A stretch of 64,000 bases of DNA from positions 24,590 to 88,589 of the forward strand of contig CAZBQM010000001.1 of the NCBI GenBank assembly GCA_964494045.1. Reading direction: 5' to 3'. The position numbers and the translations under genes were made by a program. Each line of letters opens with the position of its first letter. Position 1 is the first letter of the stretch. This document shows, one piece after another, positions 1-11,300 of this stretch. The notes beneath the pieces were generated by a model that was not told the origin of the DNA, ran no database searches, and saw nothing but the letters and a program-made list of their open reading frames with translations. The stretch is from an uncultured Rikenellaceae bacterium (GTDB taxonomy: Bacteria; Bacteroidota; Bacteroidia; Bacteroidales; VadinHA17).

Positions 1-1
1 T

Positions 2-1138
2 GCACTGCTTTCCGAAATATGTATCAGCGAAACAGAACTGAACTTTCTGAGCAACGGCAAAGCAATTGAAATAGTTGAGATACTTGCCGGGCATCTGATG
101 CAACGCGATTACAGCTCCTTTGCCTTAAGGGGTGCTGTAGAGGCCGATCCCCTTGGAAGGCTGATGCTCAACGGTACTCTTTGCATTCCCGTGGATGCTG
201 GTCTCGACTACCTTGCCTTACTGATAAGAAAATCGTCGGTCCTGCCCAACCTGAAGGTGATCCAGGTAAATGGTCAGGCAATACTGAATGCCGGTGGTTC
301 CGCAGTTGAAGAGCTAGCTTTTGCCTTGTCGATGGCCTGCGAATATCTTTCAGCCATGACCGACCGGGGCATCGATCCTGATACAGTAGCCTCCAGGATG
401 CGCTTCCTCTTCGGCACAGGTTCAGGATACTTTATGGAGATTGCCAAACTTCGTGCTGCAAGGATACTCTGGCCAGTGCTAATAAAAGGATTCAAACCAT
501 CTTCGGGTTCAAGTTATAATATCACGATAAACTCTGTGACGGGGAGGTTCAACAAGACCCTGTTTGATCCGTGGGTGAACCTTCTGCGGACCCAGACCGA
601 AGCCATGTCGGCAATACTGGGAGGTACCGATTCCCTTGTTGTCGAACCCTTCGACCAGGCAGGCAAAGAACCCGACCTATTTTCAGAAAGACTCGCCAGG
701 AATCAGCAGATCATCCTCAGGGAGGAAGCCGGTTTTGACAGGGTGTCGGATCCTGCTGCCGGTTCCTGGTATATTGAATCCCTCACTGAACTGATAAGCG
801 AACATTCATGGAAGCTCTTCCTTGAAATTGAGGGACAGGGAGGTTTCCTGAAGAGCCTGAGGTCGGGACTGATCCAGGAGAGGATGAAAGCGTCAGCTTT
901 GAAAAGGAAGGAGAATTTCGCCTCCGGGAAAGAAGTTCTTCTGGGTACCTCGCTTTACCCCGACAACAGCGAAAAGTCTGACGGAGAAATCAATACTGAC
1001 CGGCTATTCGCCCGGGATATCACAACTGACGGTCTTGAGATCGAACCGGTCAGACCTTTCAGGGCAGCTGAGGAGATGGAAAAGTCGAGGCTTAAGGCCA
1101 TGGGAATTGAGATGATACCTAATACTGCAGAGAGATGA
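2..1138 (+). CDS. mutA: methylmalonyl-CoA mutase small (beta) subunit, C-terminal part; 5' end outside window
   Basis: Frame 2 is open from the window edge ([20 protein letters not shown]... precedes the listed Met at 98). It contains the MCM-family segment [23 protein letters not shown]. Its stop overlaps the ATG of the large-subunit gene (ATGA at 1135-1138). Confidence 0.8.
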   Translation, partial: ALLSEICISETELNFLSNGKAIEIVEILAGHLMQRDYSSFALRGAVEADPLGRLMLNGTLCIPVDAGLDYLALLIRKSSVLPNLKVIQVNGQAILNAGGSAVEELAFALSMACEYLSAMTDRGIDPDTVASRMRFLFGTGSGYFMEIAKLRAARILWPVLIKGFKPSSGSSYNITINSVTGRFNKTLFDPWVNLLRTQTEAMSAILGGTDSLVVEPFDQAGKEPDLFSERLARNQQIILREEAGFDRVSDPAAGSWYIESLTELISEHSWKLFLEIEGQGGFLKSLRSGLIQERMKASALKRKENFASGKEVLLGTSLYPDNSEKSDGEINTDRLFARDITTDGLEIEPVRPFRAAEEMEKSRLKAMGIEMIPNTAER

Positions 1139-3276
1139 GGCCAAAGTATTCGGTAAAAGATCTGAAGAGCAAAACAGCCGGCGGCACCCATGGCAGTAAG
1201 GACAGGGCATCACTTGCCTGGCTTACAGCTGAGAAGATACCTGTAAAAAGATTTTATACGGCCGATGACATGAAGGATCTGGAGCACCTTGACTATGTTG
1301 CCGGAATCCCTCCTTTTCTGAGAGGACCTTATTCGGCAATGTATGCCCTGTCGCCATGGACTATCAGGCAATATGCCGGCTTCTCAACTGCAGAGGAGTC
1401 AAATGCCTTTTACCTGCGAAACCTGGCTGCAGGGCAGAAAGGACTGTCGGTAGCTTTTGACCTTCCGACACACAGAGGTTATGATTCGGATAACGAAAGG
1501 GTTGCCGGAGATGTTGGAAAAGCGGGGGTGGCAGTCGATTCGGTTCTTGACATGAAGATACTCTTCGACCGTATCCCGCTCGACCGTATCTCCGTTTCAA
1601 TGACTATGAACGGTGCCGTCCTGCCTATCCTGGCCTTCTTCATCGTGGCAGCACGTGAACAGGGAGTGAAGCCCGAAGACCTGACCGGTACCATACAGAA
1701 TGATATTCTCAAGGAGTTCATGGTCAGGAATACCTACATATATCCTCCGGCCTTTTCTATGCGGATAGTAGCCGATATCTTCAGATATACCTCTCAGAAG
1801 ATGCCGAAGTTCAACTCGATAAGTGTATCGGGTTACCATATGCAGGAAGCTGGTGCGACCTGCGATCTTGAACTGGGATATACCCTTGCCGATGGCCTTG
1901 AATATCTGAGAACCGGGGTAAACGCCGGTCTGAATATTGACGCCTTTGCTCCCAGGATCTCGTTTTTCTGGGCTACAGGCATGAACCATTTCATGGAGAT
2001 AGCAAAGATGAGGGCCGCAAGGATGCTGTGGGCGAAGATAGTCTCGGGGTTTGGTCCCGCGAATCCCAGGTCTCTGGCTCTCCGCGCCCACTGTCAGACT
2101 TCAGGGTGGAGCCTCACCGAACAGGATCCTTTCAATAATGTGGGAAGGACATGTATCGAAGCCATGGCGGCTGCTCTTGGACATACCCAGAGCCTGCATA
2201 CCAATGCCCTTGACGAAGCCCTCGCACTCCCTACCGACTTCTCGGCCAGGATAGCAAGAAACACCCAGATCTATCTTCAGCACGAGACTGATATATGCAG
2301 GGCCATAGATCCATGGGGAGGATCATGGTATGTCGAGAGCCTGACAGACGCCATTGCACATAAGGCATGGGAACATATTGAAGAGGTTGAAGCCCTCGGA
2401 GGAATGACAAAAGCCATAGAGTCGGGTCTGCCAAAGATGAGGATCGAGGAAGCGGCAGCCCGTGCCCAGGCCAGGATAGACTCGGGTGTCCAGGTAATAA
2501 CCGGAACCAACAGGTACCGCCTCGAAAGGGAGGAACCCATTGAGACACTCGAGGTTGATAACACAGCCGTCAGGGAGGCTCAGATTAAGCGTCTTGCAAA
2601 ACTACGGGCTGAAAGGAATGAAGGGGACTGTCAAAGGGCACTGGATGCCCTGACAAAGTCGGCCGCTTCGGGTGAGGGGAATCTTCTTGAGCTGGCTATC
2701 GAAGCTGCAGCCTCAGGAGCCTCATTGGGGGAGATTTCAGATGCCTGTGAAAAAACAGCAGGGAGGTACAAAGCAGTGATAAAAACGATTTCAGGAGTTT
2801 ATTCATCAGAGTACGGATCCGACAGGGATATTGATGAAGCCAGGGAACTTGTTGCCAGGTTCGCAGAAAAAGAAGGGCGTCAGCCCAGGATAATGATAGC
2901 CAAGATAGGGCAGGACGGACACGACCGGGGTGCAAAGGTTGTGTCGACAGGCTATGCCGACCTTGGATTTGACGTCGATATAGGGCCCCTGTTCCAGACT
3001 CCCGCAGAGGCTGCAAAACAGGCACTCGAAAATGATGTCCATGTACTCGGGATATCAAGTCTTGCAGGAGGGCATAAAACGCTTATACCTCAGGTTATCA
3101 ATGAACTGGATAAAGCAGGGAGGGATGACATCCTTGTTATTGCCGGCGGGGTGATACCTCCCCAGGATTACCAGTTCCTCTACGATGCTGGTGTCGCTGC
3201 TATCTTCGGTCCGGGTTCACCTGTGACCCGGGCAGCCATTCAGATTCTTGAGATCCTGTTGAAGCAACATGAATAA
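1135..3276 (+). CDS. mutB: methylmalonyl-CoA mutase large (alpha) subunit, B12-dependent
   Basis: 713 aa. Motifs seen: RGPYSAMY...[19 protein letters not shown] and [11 protein letters not shown], plus the C-terminal cobalamin-binding DxHxxG ([12 protein letters not shown]). Confidence 0.95.
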   Translation: MRPKYSVKDLKSKTAGGTHGSKDRASLAWLTAEKIPVKRFYTADDMKDLEHLDYVAGIPPFLRGPYSAMYALSPWTIRQYAGFSTAEESNAFYLRNLAAGQKGLSVAFDLPTHRGYDSDNERVAGDVGKAGVAVDSVLDMKILFDRIPLDRISVSMTMNGAVLPILAFFIVAAREQGVKPEDLTGTIQNDILKEFMVRNTYIYPPAFSMRIVADIFRYTSQKMPKFNSISVSGYHMQEAGATCDLELGYTLADGLEYLRTGVNAGLNIDAFAPRISFFWATGMNHFMEIAKMRAARMLWAKIVSGFGPANPRSLALRAHCQTSGWSLTEQDPFNNVGRTCIEAMAAALGHTQSLHTNALDEALALPTDFSARIARNTQIYLQHETDICRAIDPWGGSWYVESLTDAIAHKAWEHIEEVEALGGMTKAIESGLPKMRIEEAAARAQARIDSGVQVITGTNRYRLEREEPIETLEVDNTAVREAQIKRLAKLRAERNEGDCQRALDALTKSAASGEGNLLELAIEAAASGASLGEISDACEKTAGRYKAVIKTISGVYSSEYGSDRDIDEARELVARFAEKEGRQPRIMIAKIGQDGHDRGAKVVSTGYADLGFDVDIGPLFQTPAEAAKQALENDVHVLGISSLAGGHKTLIPQVINELDKAGRDDILVIAGGVIPPQDYQFLYDAGVAAIFGPGSPVTRAAIQILEILLKQHE

Positions 3277-3306
3277 AAAGAAGTAAATTGCATCAGACCT
3301 GAAGAT

Positions 3307-3867
3307 ATGAGAACATTATTTTATGTATCTGTTCTGCTATTGGTGTTTGCCATCAAAAGTGCTGACGCCCGCACCGCAGATGATACCCGACCTTCCTGCC
3401 AGGATCCCGTCAAAGGATCTGTAACGGATTTTTCAAGACAGGATACATGGTTACTGGGTTACGTCGATCCTGCAAGGCTCAGGCGGCCTCCCCACAATGA
3501 ATGGTTCACAGATGGCTATGATGATTATTCTGCCGACTCACTGACACTGGAAAGACTTAAGGAAGCCGTGCAGGAAGATCTTTCCATAAAGGTGGTCTTT
3601 GGAACATGGTGCTCCGACAGCAGAAGGGAAGTGCCGAGGTTTTTAAAGATAACCGGTTTGCTGGGTATTGATCCGGGGAGCATGACATTTATCGGTGTCG
3701 ACGATGCCAAGATCTCGCCGGTGGGAGAGTATGAGGATCTTGGTATAGAAAGGGTACCGACTTTTATTTTTTATAAAAATAATGTTGAAGCCGGACGCAT
3801 CATTGAGAATCCTGTGTCGTCTTTAGAACAGGATATGTTAGATATTCTGACAGAAAACAAAAAATAA
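3307..3867 (+). CDS. secreted thioredoxin-fold protein with monothiol WCSDS motif
   Basis: 186 aa with an N-terminal signal peptide (MRTLFYVSVLLLVFAIKSADA). FGTWCSDSRREVPRF sits where WCxxC would be. A thioredoxin-like C-terminal VPTFIFY strand is present. Confidence 0.75.
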   Translation: MRTLFYVSVLLLVFAIKSADARTADDTRPSCQDPVKGSVTDFSRQDTWLLGYVDPARLRRPPHNEWFTDGYDDYSADSLTLERLKEAVQEDLSIKVVFGTWCSDSRREVPRFLKITGLLGIDPGSMTFIGVDDAKISPVGEYEDLGIERVPTFIFYKNNVEAGRIIENPVSSLEQDMLDILTENKK

Positions 3868-3879
3868 AACAGGAAAGTC

Positions 3880-4413
3880 ATGGAAGATTTAAGCAAAAAT
3901 CCGGGAGAACCCCAGGGACAGCAGAACAATGGAGAAAATAACAGGAGGCCTGCAGGCCAGGGCCTTGGTATTGCCGCCCTTATAACCGCCATAGTAACTT
4001 TTGTCTTTGCCGTAATTCCCTGTGTGGGTATCATTGCGGTGATCCCCGGGATCATAGCCGTGGTGCTCGCTTCAGTCGGAATTTCACAGGCAGCCAGGAA
4101 CAATTCTCCGAAAGGGATTATGATAGCGGGCCTTGTCATTGCAGTCGTCGCCTGCGTAATTTCTTTGTCTCAGATCTTCGTTGCCAATCAGATAGCCGGG
4201 AAAGTAGAGAAGCATCTACCCGGAGATATCGAAAGGATCATTGAAGATGTCCAGACAGATGTAAGAAGGAGTCTCGAGGATGCCAACGTCAACATCAAGG
4301 TTGAAAACGACGGGCAGAGTGTTGAGATAACCACGAATCCTGACAAGCCTGATCGCATCGAGAAGCTTGAGGAACTGGAATCAGGAACAGAACCTGCCGA
4401 TACAGTCAGGTAG
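3880..4413 (+). CDS. small membrane protein (DUF4190-like helices plus acidic C-terminal tail)
   Basis: 177 aa. Gly/Ile/Ala/Val-rich helices (GIAALITAIVTFVFAVIPCVGIIAVIPGIIAVVLASVGI). The start is 12 nt after the upstream stop. No competing ORF. Confidence 0.6.
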   Translation: MEDLSKNPGEPQGQQNNGENNRRPAGQGLGIAALITAIVTFVFAVIPCVGIIAVIPGIIAVVLASVGISQAARNNSPKGIMIAGLVIAVVACVISLSQIFVANQIAGKVEKHLPGDIERIIEDVQTDVRRSLEDANVNIKVENDGQSVEITTNPDKPDRIEKLEELESGTEPADTVR

Positions 4414-4426
4414 GAAAGGATTCCCA

Positions 4427-4855
4427 ATGGCAGTTCCGGGGAAGAAATTGTTCAGAGACCCTTATTGTACTGTAAATCTCATTTTTACAGGTCTGATTCT
4501 GATTATTCTCGCATATCCGGCAATATATTCACCCGACCGTGATAGTTATCCTGTGCAGTGTGTCCACGAGCAACTTACAGGTCAGCCCTGCGCCTCCTGT
4601 GGTATTTCACACAGTTTCTCGCTTATAATGAGAGGCAGAATTGAAGAAGCCTATGAATGGAACCCCAACGGTATGAGGGTGTTCCTTTTTTTTGTGCTCC
4701 AGGCAGTGATGAGAGTTGTCTTTACACTGTTCTGCTTAAGGAAGGGGGCAGCCCGGCCGCAACTAATCGTTTATGATATTACAGGGTCGGCGCTAATGTT
4801 TCTGATATCCTTTATGCCGTTTATCAGGTCGATAGCTTCAGACATTTTCAGCTAA
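4427..4855 (+). CDS. DUF2752-like membrane protein
   Basis: The ORF is listed from 4367, but that start overlaps the upstream gene by 47 nt; the Met at 4427 (MAVPGKK...) avoids the overlap. It has the Cys motif CVHEQLTGQPCASCGISHSF followed by TM helices, as in DUF2752. Confidence 0.6.
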   Translation: MAVPGKKLFRDPYCTVNLIFTGLILIILAYPAIYSPDRDSYPVQCVHEQLTGQPCASCGISHSFSLIMRGRIEEAYEWNPNGMRVFLFFVLQAVMRVVFTLFCLRKGAARPQLIVYDITGSALMFLISFMPFIRSIASDIFS

Positions 4856-5327
4856 GATCTTCCATGTCTGTCTCATCCAGCAGCCCGTAGAGGATACTGT
4901 TCTCGTAACCCCTTGACAGTCCGAAGCGCAGAAGCTTTGCTTTCAGATCGTAAGCGTTTTTTGCTTTTACCTGCCGCCGGTGGTTAGCAAGTTCTTCACG
5001 GACCGTCTTAAGATAAGTTTCATCGTCGATTGATGCCAGTGCGTCTGAAATGAAAGGCCCCGGGATCTTTTTGGCCTGCAGGAGCATGGCAAGCTTGTAT
5101 TTACCCCACCTGTTATAGCTGAATTTATCTTTAACAAAAGCAAGGGCATACCTTCCCTCGTCGATAAAACGCTCTTTAACAAGCATCTCAACAGCGCGTT
5201 CAGTTTCAGGTCCGCCGAGTCCCCACGACCTCAGTTTTTCCTTTATCTCGCTGATGCATGTCTCACGTCTGGCACAATGGTCCATCGCTTTTGAAAGAGC
5301 CTGTCTGAATATTTCCTGTTCAGTCAT
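4848..5327 (-). CDS. recX: recombination regulator RecX
   Basis: 159 aa with RecX-like three-repeat helical sequence (CARRETCISEIKEKLRSWGL, RFIDEGRYALAFVKDKFSYNRWGKYKL). Confidence 0.7.
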   Translation of the reverse strand: MTEQEIFRQALSKAMDHCARRETCISEIKEKLRSWGLGGPETERAVEMLVKERFIDEGRYALAFVKDKFSYNRWGKYKLAMLLQAKKIPGPFISDALASIDDETYLKTVREELANHRRQVKAKNAYDLKAKLLRFGLSRGYENSILYGLLDETDMEDLS

Positions 5328-6189
5328 CTTTTACTGCTTTAATGAATCTGTCCCTGCCATTAAGATCCTTTATAAGGTTCACATCAATGAAGCCCGATCT
5401 CTTTAAGAGTGACACCAATTCGTTGCCGTAAGCCTCGTTTATCTCGAGATAGAGTCTGCCTCTTCCCTTAAGGCTGGTTGAGGCAAAAGCGAGTATGGCC
5501 CGGTAAAAGACCAGGGGATCGTCGTCGGGAACAAAGAGTGCATTATGAGGTTCAAAATCAAGAACATTCCTGTGCATATGCATTTTCTCGGAGTTCCTGA
5601 CATAGGGAGGATTACTGACGATGATAGCTGCTGAGGGGAAGCTGATGGTACCAGGATTGAGTATGTCGGACTGGCGGAATATGACGGAGACTTCATTTTT
5701 ACGGGCGTTCTCCCGGGCCACCTTCAGGGCAGCTTCAGAGATATCTGTTGCCGTCACCTTCGACGCCGGGAGCTTTTTTGCCAGGGCAATGGCAATACAC
5801 CCCGATCCGGTTGCTATATCGATGATGTTATCGCTGAAACCGGGGTTTTCCCTTATTATCATGTCGGCCAGCTCTTCGGTTTCCTGCCGCGGGATGAGTG
5901 TGGCCGGGCTGACTTCAATGATACAGTCGAGGAAGAGTGTCTCCCCCGTTATATACTGCACTGGTTTTCCCTTTTTAAGTTCAGCAGTTATCTCTTCAAG
6001 CTTTTCTGCCATATCTGCCCTTAGTGTTCTTTGGCTGCGTGAGATGCCTGGTGCCCGGGGATCTCCGGGTTCAAGGTGATCGATCACGATCGCAGCTATG
6101 GCATCAATCTCCTGAGGGGGGTAGATCTGCCTAAGTTCTTCCCTCAGATGATCCCTGAAATCTTTAAATGTTCGTATATTGAGGCCCAT
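5320..6189 (-). CDS. prmC: peptide chain release factor N5-glutamine methyltransferase
   Basis: 289 aa. SAM-binding DIATGSGCIAIALA and catalytic NPPY (VSNPPYV). It overlaps recX by 8 nt. Confidence 0.9.
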   Translation of the reverse strand: MGLNIRTFKDFRDHLREELRQIYPPQEIDAIAAIVIDHLEPGDPRAPGISRSQRTLRADMAEKLEEITAELKKGKPVQYITGETLFLDCIIEVSPATLIPRQETEELADMIIRENPGFSDNIIDIATGSGCIAIALAKKLPASKVTATDISEAALKVARENARKNEVSVIFRQSDILNPGTISFPSAAIIVSNPPYVRNSEKMHMHRNVLDFEPHNALFVPDDDPLVFYRAILAFASTSLKGRGRLYLEINEAYGNELVSLLKRSGFIDVNLIKDLNGRDRFIKAVKDD

Positions 6190-6215
6190 AAATCAAAATT
6201 ACTACTTTCAGTCAA

Positions 6216-7274
6216 ATGACGGAGTCTGATGATATCAAATTCATGCGACGCTGCCTCGATCTGGCGCAGTTGGCCGAGGGCATGACCTATCCGAATCCCA
6301 TGGTGGGTTCCGTCATAGTAAACAAGGGGAAGATAATCGGCGAAGGGTTTCACCTGAAGGCAGGTGGGCCGCACGCGGAGGTAAATGCCGTCAGTGCCGT
6401 TTCAGATAAGGGATTACTCAGGGAGTCGGTTCTTTATGTAAGTCTCGAGCCCTGTTCTCATTACGGCAAGACCCCTCCCTGTGCCGATATGATTATCTCG
6501 GCCGGCATCCCAAGGGTTGTGATAGCGACAGCCGACACCTCGCTGAAGGTTTCGGGAAGGGGGATCGAAAAGTTAAGGAATGCCGGTTGTGAGGTTGTTA
6601 CAGGTATCCTTGAAGAAGAAGCCAGGAGGCTTAACCGGAGGTTCTTTACCTTCCATGAGAAAGGAAGACCTTATATAACCCTGAAGTGGGCCAAGAGTGC
6701 TGACGGATATATTGACATGGTAAGGGGTGATAACTTTAGCAGGGAACCAAACTGGATAACAGGAAAACCTGAAAGGGTGCTTGTTCATAAATGGAGGGCG
6801 GCTGACGAGGCTATCCTTGTGGGGGCGGGGACTGTCAGGTCGGATAATCCGCGGCTTAACGTCAGATACTGGTCGGGGAAAGATCCTCTCAGGCTCATCC
6901 TTTCGCGATCGGGTGAGGCAGCTGCCCTGTTCTCACGCTATGACGGGGATGAAGCGCCTGTTGTATTGTTCACCGCCAGTGAAAATACAGATGTCGCGGG
7001 AATGGAAAAGGTGTTGCTTGATGAAGAAAAGCCGGTTGCCGGACAGATAGCCGCTTACCTTGCCGGCAGGGGTATCCAGTCGCTGTTTGTCGAGGGCGGG
7101 GCTGAGACACTAAGGCATTTCATCACGACAGGTTACTGGGATGAGGCAAGGGTCTTTCGGGGGACTGTCAGGTTCAACGGAGGGGTGAGGGCGCCCGCCA
7201 TACAGGGGAAACCGGCATTCACTGTGCAGTTCGGCATGAGCCGGCTCGATCAGTACCTCAATATCCGGAAGTGA
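6216..7274 (+). CDS. ribD: bifunctional riboflavin biosynthesis deaminase/reductase RibD
   Basis: 352 aa. Cytidine-deaminase zinc motifs HAEVNA and EPCSHYGKTPPC, followed by a C-terminal reductase domain. Confidence 0.92.
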   Translation: MTESDDIKFMRRCLDLAQLAEGMTYPNPMVGSVIVNKGKIIGEGFHLKAGGPHAEVNAVSAVSDKGLLRESVLYVSLEPCSHYGKTPPCADMIISAGIPRVVIATADTSLKVSGRGIEKLRNAGCEVVTGILEEEARRLNRRFFTFHEKGRPYITLKWAKSADGYIDMVRGDNFSREPNWITGKPERVLVHKWRAADEAILVGAGTVRSDNPRLNVRYWSGKDPLRLILSRSGEAAALFSRYDGDEAPVVLFTASENTDVAGMEKVLLDEEKPVAGQIAAYLAGRGIQSLFVEGGAETLRHFITTGYWDEARVFRGTVRFNGGVRAPAIQGKPAFTVQFGMSRLDQYLNIRK

Positions 7275-7348
7275 TCATTCAGCAAGCCGGACCTCAGTAA
7301 GCCTGTTGTGCTTTAACGGAGTACCCGGGCTACAGGTGGAGATATGAA

Positions 7349-7924
7349 TCAGATCCGTGCAATCCTCCTTGGATCGTCAATCCAATCCCTGTTGTTCCTG
7401 ATGGCTGAGATCACATCAGCAGGTTCATCAACAATCTGCCACATGTTCTTATGTTCGATCCTGAGGAAACTGCCTGCTATCATATGTTCGAGAAAACTGA
7501 GCAGCTGAGTGTAAAAACCGAGAGTATTAAGTATTACAACCGGCCCTTTGAACAGGCCAAGCTGTTTCAGGGTAATGGCTTCTGTCAGCTCTTCAAGTGT
7601 GCCTATTCCTCCGGGAAGGGCAACCACTGCATCTGCCCTGGCAAGCATGTTCTTCTTTCTTTCTCCCATATCAGCAGTGACTATCATTTCGCTGACATGC
7701 GGATGTCCCCAGCCCTCGTCTTTCATGAAGGAGGGAATGACACCGGTGATGTTGCCTCCGCCGGCTATAACCGAGTCGGCCATGACTCCCATCAGTCCGA
7801 TACCTCCTCCTCCGTAGATAACGTCTATTCCGGCTTCGGCGAACAGTCTTCCAAGCTCTGAGGCTGCAGTCCGGTACCTTTCATCAATACGGCTGCTCGA
7901 TGCTGCGAATACACACGCTGTCAT
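7349..7924 (-). CDS. LOG-family (TIGR00730) nucleotide phosphoribohydrolase
   Basis: 191 aa. Motifs GGGGIGLMG and ALPGGIGTLEEL are characteristic of LOG/lysine-decarboxylase-like proteins. Confidence 0.85.
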   Translation of the reverse strand: MTACVFAASSSRIDERYRTAASELGRLFAEAGIDVIYGGGGIGLMGVMADSVIAGGGNITGVIPSFMKDEGWGHPHVSEMIVTADMGERKKNMLARADAVVALPGGIGTLEELTEAITLKQLGLFKGPVVILNTLGFYTQLLSFLEHMIAGSFLRIEHKNMWQIVDEPADVISAIRNNRDWIDDPRRIARI

Positions 7925-7934
7925 ATTTTTAATT

Positions 7935-7962
7935 AAAAAAGCCGTAACGTGGAACGCACGGC
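7935..7962 (-). terminator. probable intrinsic terminator downstream of trxA
   Basis: On the minus strand, GCCGT...ACGGC stem (7941-7945/7958-7962) plus 2 inner bp, followed by T6 (complement of A7935-7940). Confidence 0.4.
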
Positions 7963-7984
7963 CGTTTATTAAAACATAAAAGGC

Positions 7985-8302
7985 TCAGATAAGAGCATTC
8001 AGTTTGTTTACGAAGTTGGCTTTCGGAACAGCTCCAACCTGTTTATCGGCAATTTTCCCTTCCTTGAAAAACAATACGGTGGGGATGTTCCTTATCCCGA
8101 ATTTTGCTGCCACTCCCGGGTTATTATCCACATCACATTTGGTAACCAATGCTTTACCGGAGAACTCTTTGGATATCTCTTCAATGAAAGGAGCTATCAT
8201 CCTGCAGGGTCCGCACCACTCTGCCCAGAAATCAACAACCACGGGTTTGTCGGACTTAAGAACTATTTCGTCAAAATTAGCGTCAGTTACTTCTAGTGCC
8301 AT
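7985..8302 (-). CDS. trxA: thioredoxin
   Basis: 105 aa with the canonical FWAEWCGPCR active site. Confidence 0.95.
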   Translation of the reverse strand: MALEVTDANFDEIVLKSDKPVVVDFWAEWCGPCRMIAPFIEEISKEFSGKALVTKCDVDNNPGVAAKFGIRNIPTVLFFKEGKIADKQVGAVPKANFVNKLNALI

Positions 8303-8354
8303 GATAATAAGTGTTTTATATTGTATATAAATCCAATTCTATTAACAAAGATAG

Positions 8355-11300
8355 CTAATTAACTTTATAATCTATTGCCGGATTATCGTCGAGAAAGGAA
8401 ATAAATTCGTTATTCAGCCGCACTCTCAGGCTTCTGGAAAACATGGGCAGTGAGATCTTGTTTTCGGGGTCATAGAACAGGAATTTGAGTTCAGTATCTC
8501 CCTTGTTTCCGTTGATCATCTCAAGCAGGCCTGAAATCATTTCCCTGTCAATATTGGCGGGGTTTATCTTCAGTGTAAGTGATGTGATGAGTTCATCTTT
8601 GACGCTTGAGAGCAGGTAGATGCTTTTTATCCTGAACTCAAGTTCATCTTCCCTGAATTTCCTTTTCTGTACTTTTCCCTTTACGAGCAGGTAGTATCCG
8701 TTAAAGAAGAACTTGCTGAATTCTACATAGTCCTTGTCGAACATAATGAAACGGAACGAATCGGTGTAATCCTGGAGTGTAAAAGATCCGTAGGGTTTAC
8801 CGTTCTTGCTTATGCCATTCTTCGATTCGGTGACCATACCTGCAACAGCGACATCCCTGTCGAGCCACTCTGTCATATTCTGAAGATCAGCCAGTGTGGC
8901 ATTGGTGAAGGAGTTTATCTCGAGCGAGAAGTCATCGAGGGGATGCGAAGACAGGTAAATCCCAATCACTTCCTTCTCACGGTTAAGCTTTTCGAGTTTT
9001 GGCCAGTCGGGGCAGCGCGAGGGTTCCGGCTTAAGGATATCGAAGCCTGAACCGCCTCCGAAGAGGGTCTGCTGGGTTGAGTTCTTTATGTTTTTTGCCG
9101 AGTTGCCATAGCGGATGAGGCTTTCTATGAAACTGCTACCCTTCGTGTCGAGCGAGAAATACTGGGCCCGGGAGATCTCCGGGAAGCAGTCGAAGGCTCC
9201 GGCCACAGCCATTGCTTCGAGGTTTTTCTTATTCAGCGAGTTAAGGTTTACTCTTTCAGCCAGGTCGTATACTGATTCGTAGAGTCCCTTCTTTTCTCGT
9301 TCCTCTATAAGCTGGAGGACAGCACTTTCGCCGACTCCTTTGATGGCTCCGAGTCCGAATCTTATGTTTCCGTCCTTGTTAACAGTAAATTTCAGGTCAC
9401 TCTCGTTTACATCGGGGCCCAGGACTTCCATGCCCATTCTGCGGGTCTCATCCATGAAGACGGTGATCTTTTTCAGGTCGTTGATGTTCCTGCTAAGTAC
9501 AGCAGCCATATATTCGGCCGGATAGTGGGCCTTCAGGTAGCCCGTCTGGAAGGCGACGATGGCGTAGCATGTCGCATGCGACTTGTTGAAGGCGTACTGG
9601 GCGAAAGCTTCCCAGTCGGACCATATCTTGTTTATGATGTTTTCATCATAGCCATTTTTCCTGCATCCTTCCATGAACTTCACCTTCATCTCGTCCATGA
9701 TGGATTTTTTCTTCTTCCCCATGGCTTTTCTCAGGGAATCGGCTTCTCCTTTTGTAAATCCGCCCAGGGCCTGCGAAAGGAGCATCACCTGTTCCTGGTA
9801 AACGGTTATACCGTAGGAGTCCTTAAGGTATTTCTCCATCACAGGCAGGGTGTACTCGATGGGTTCGAGACCCTGTTTCCTCCTTATGAACTGGGGGATA
9901 TAGTCCATCGGACCCGGCCTGTAAAGGGCATTCATGGCAATGAGGTCCTCTATCCTGTTGGGTTGCAGTTCCTTCAGGTATCTTTTCATACCAGCTGATT
10001 CAAACTGGAAGATTCCGGTGGTTTCGCCCTTGCTGAAAAGTTCAAATGTCTTGCTGTCGTCGAGAGGCAGGTCGTCGACATTAATGTCGATACCTTTTGA
10101 TTTTTTAATATTTGTTACGGCGTCCTTTATTATCGACAGTGTCTTCAGTCCGAGGAAGTCCATTTTAAGCAGTCCCACTGATTCAACATGGCTGCCGTCG
10201 TACTGGGTGGCATAAAGGTCGGTATCCTTTGCCGTGCAGAGAGGGATATGGTTGTCGAGGGCGTCTTTCCCGATGATGATACCGCAGGCATGAACACCGG
10301 TCTGCCTGACCGAACCCTCAAGCACCCCTGCATATTTTAGGGTCTGGGCAATAAGCTTGTTAGGTGATTCCTTTTCTCTGGCGAGTTCCGGTACTTCGGT
10401 ATAAGCATCAGCAAGGCTTATTCCGGGGCGTTCGGGGACCATCTTTGCCAGGCGGTCGGCATCGGGAAGAGGCAGTTTCTGAACCCTGGCGACATCCCTG
10501 ATAGCCATCTTGGCAGCCATGGAACCAAAGGTGATGATATGAGCCACCTTGTCGTGGCCGTATTTTTCGACCACGTATCTCAGCACCGATTCCCTGCCGT
10601 CTTCATCAAAGTCGATGTCGATATCGGGCATGGATATCCTGTCGATGTTAAGGAAGCGTTCAAAGAGGAGTCCGTATCTGATAGGGTCAATATCTGTTAT
10701 CCTGAGGCAGTATGCGACCGCGGAACCGGCAGCCGAACCCCGGCCGGGTCCGACGGAAACTCCCATCTCCCGGGCTGCCCTGAGGAAGTCCTGAACTATA
10801 AGAAAATACCCAGGGAAGCCCATCCTTGCAATCATATTCAGCTCGAAGTCGAGACGTTCTGTGTGTTCATCTGTCAGCTCTCCCCATCGTTTCCTGGCGC
10901 CCTCGTAGGTAAGATGACGCAGGTAGGCATCCTTGTCGCTGAAGCCGGCCGGGATATCAAATTCGGGCATAATAGGGTCGTGGTTAAGAGCGTAGTTCTC
11001 AATACCAGCAACCAGTTCTGACACGTTGTCAACCGCTTCGGGGACATCGCTGAAGATAGCCCGCATCTCTTCCTCGCTCTTCAGGTATTCCTGCTTCGAA
11101 TACCTCAGCCTGTCGGGATCGTCGATATCTTTTGCCGTGTTGATACAGATAAGCCTGTCGTGTGCTTCGGCATCGTCTGCATTTACAAAATGGACGTCGT
11201 TGGTGGCGATAAGTTTCACCCCGTATTTTGCCGACAGTTCCTTAAATACCTCAATAACCTTCTGCTGAAGAGGAAATGCTGTGCGGTCAGCTTCCGGATC

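Noticed and set aside
4367-4426. Upstream start for the DUF2752-like gene as listed in the track
   Set aside because: It would overlap the preceding gene by 47 nt. The Met at 4427 leaves a 13-nt gap and precedes the hydrophobic core.
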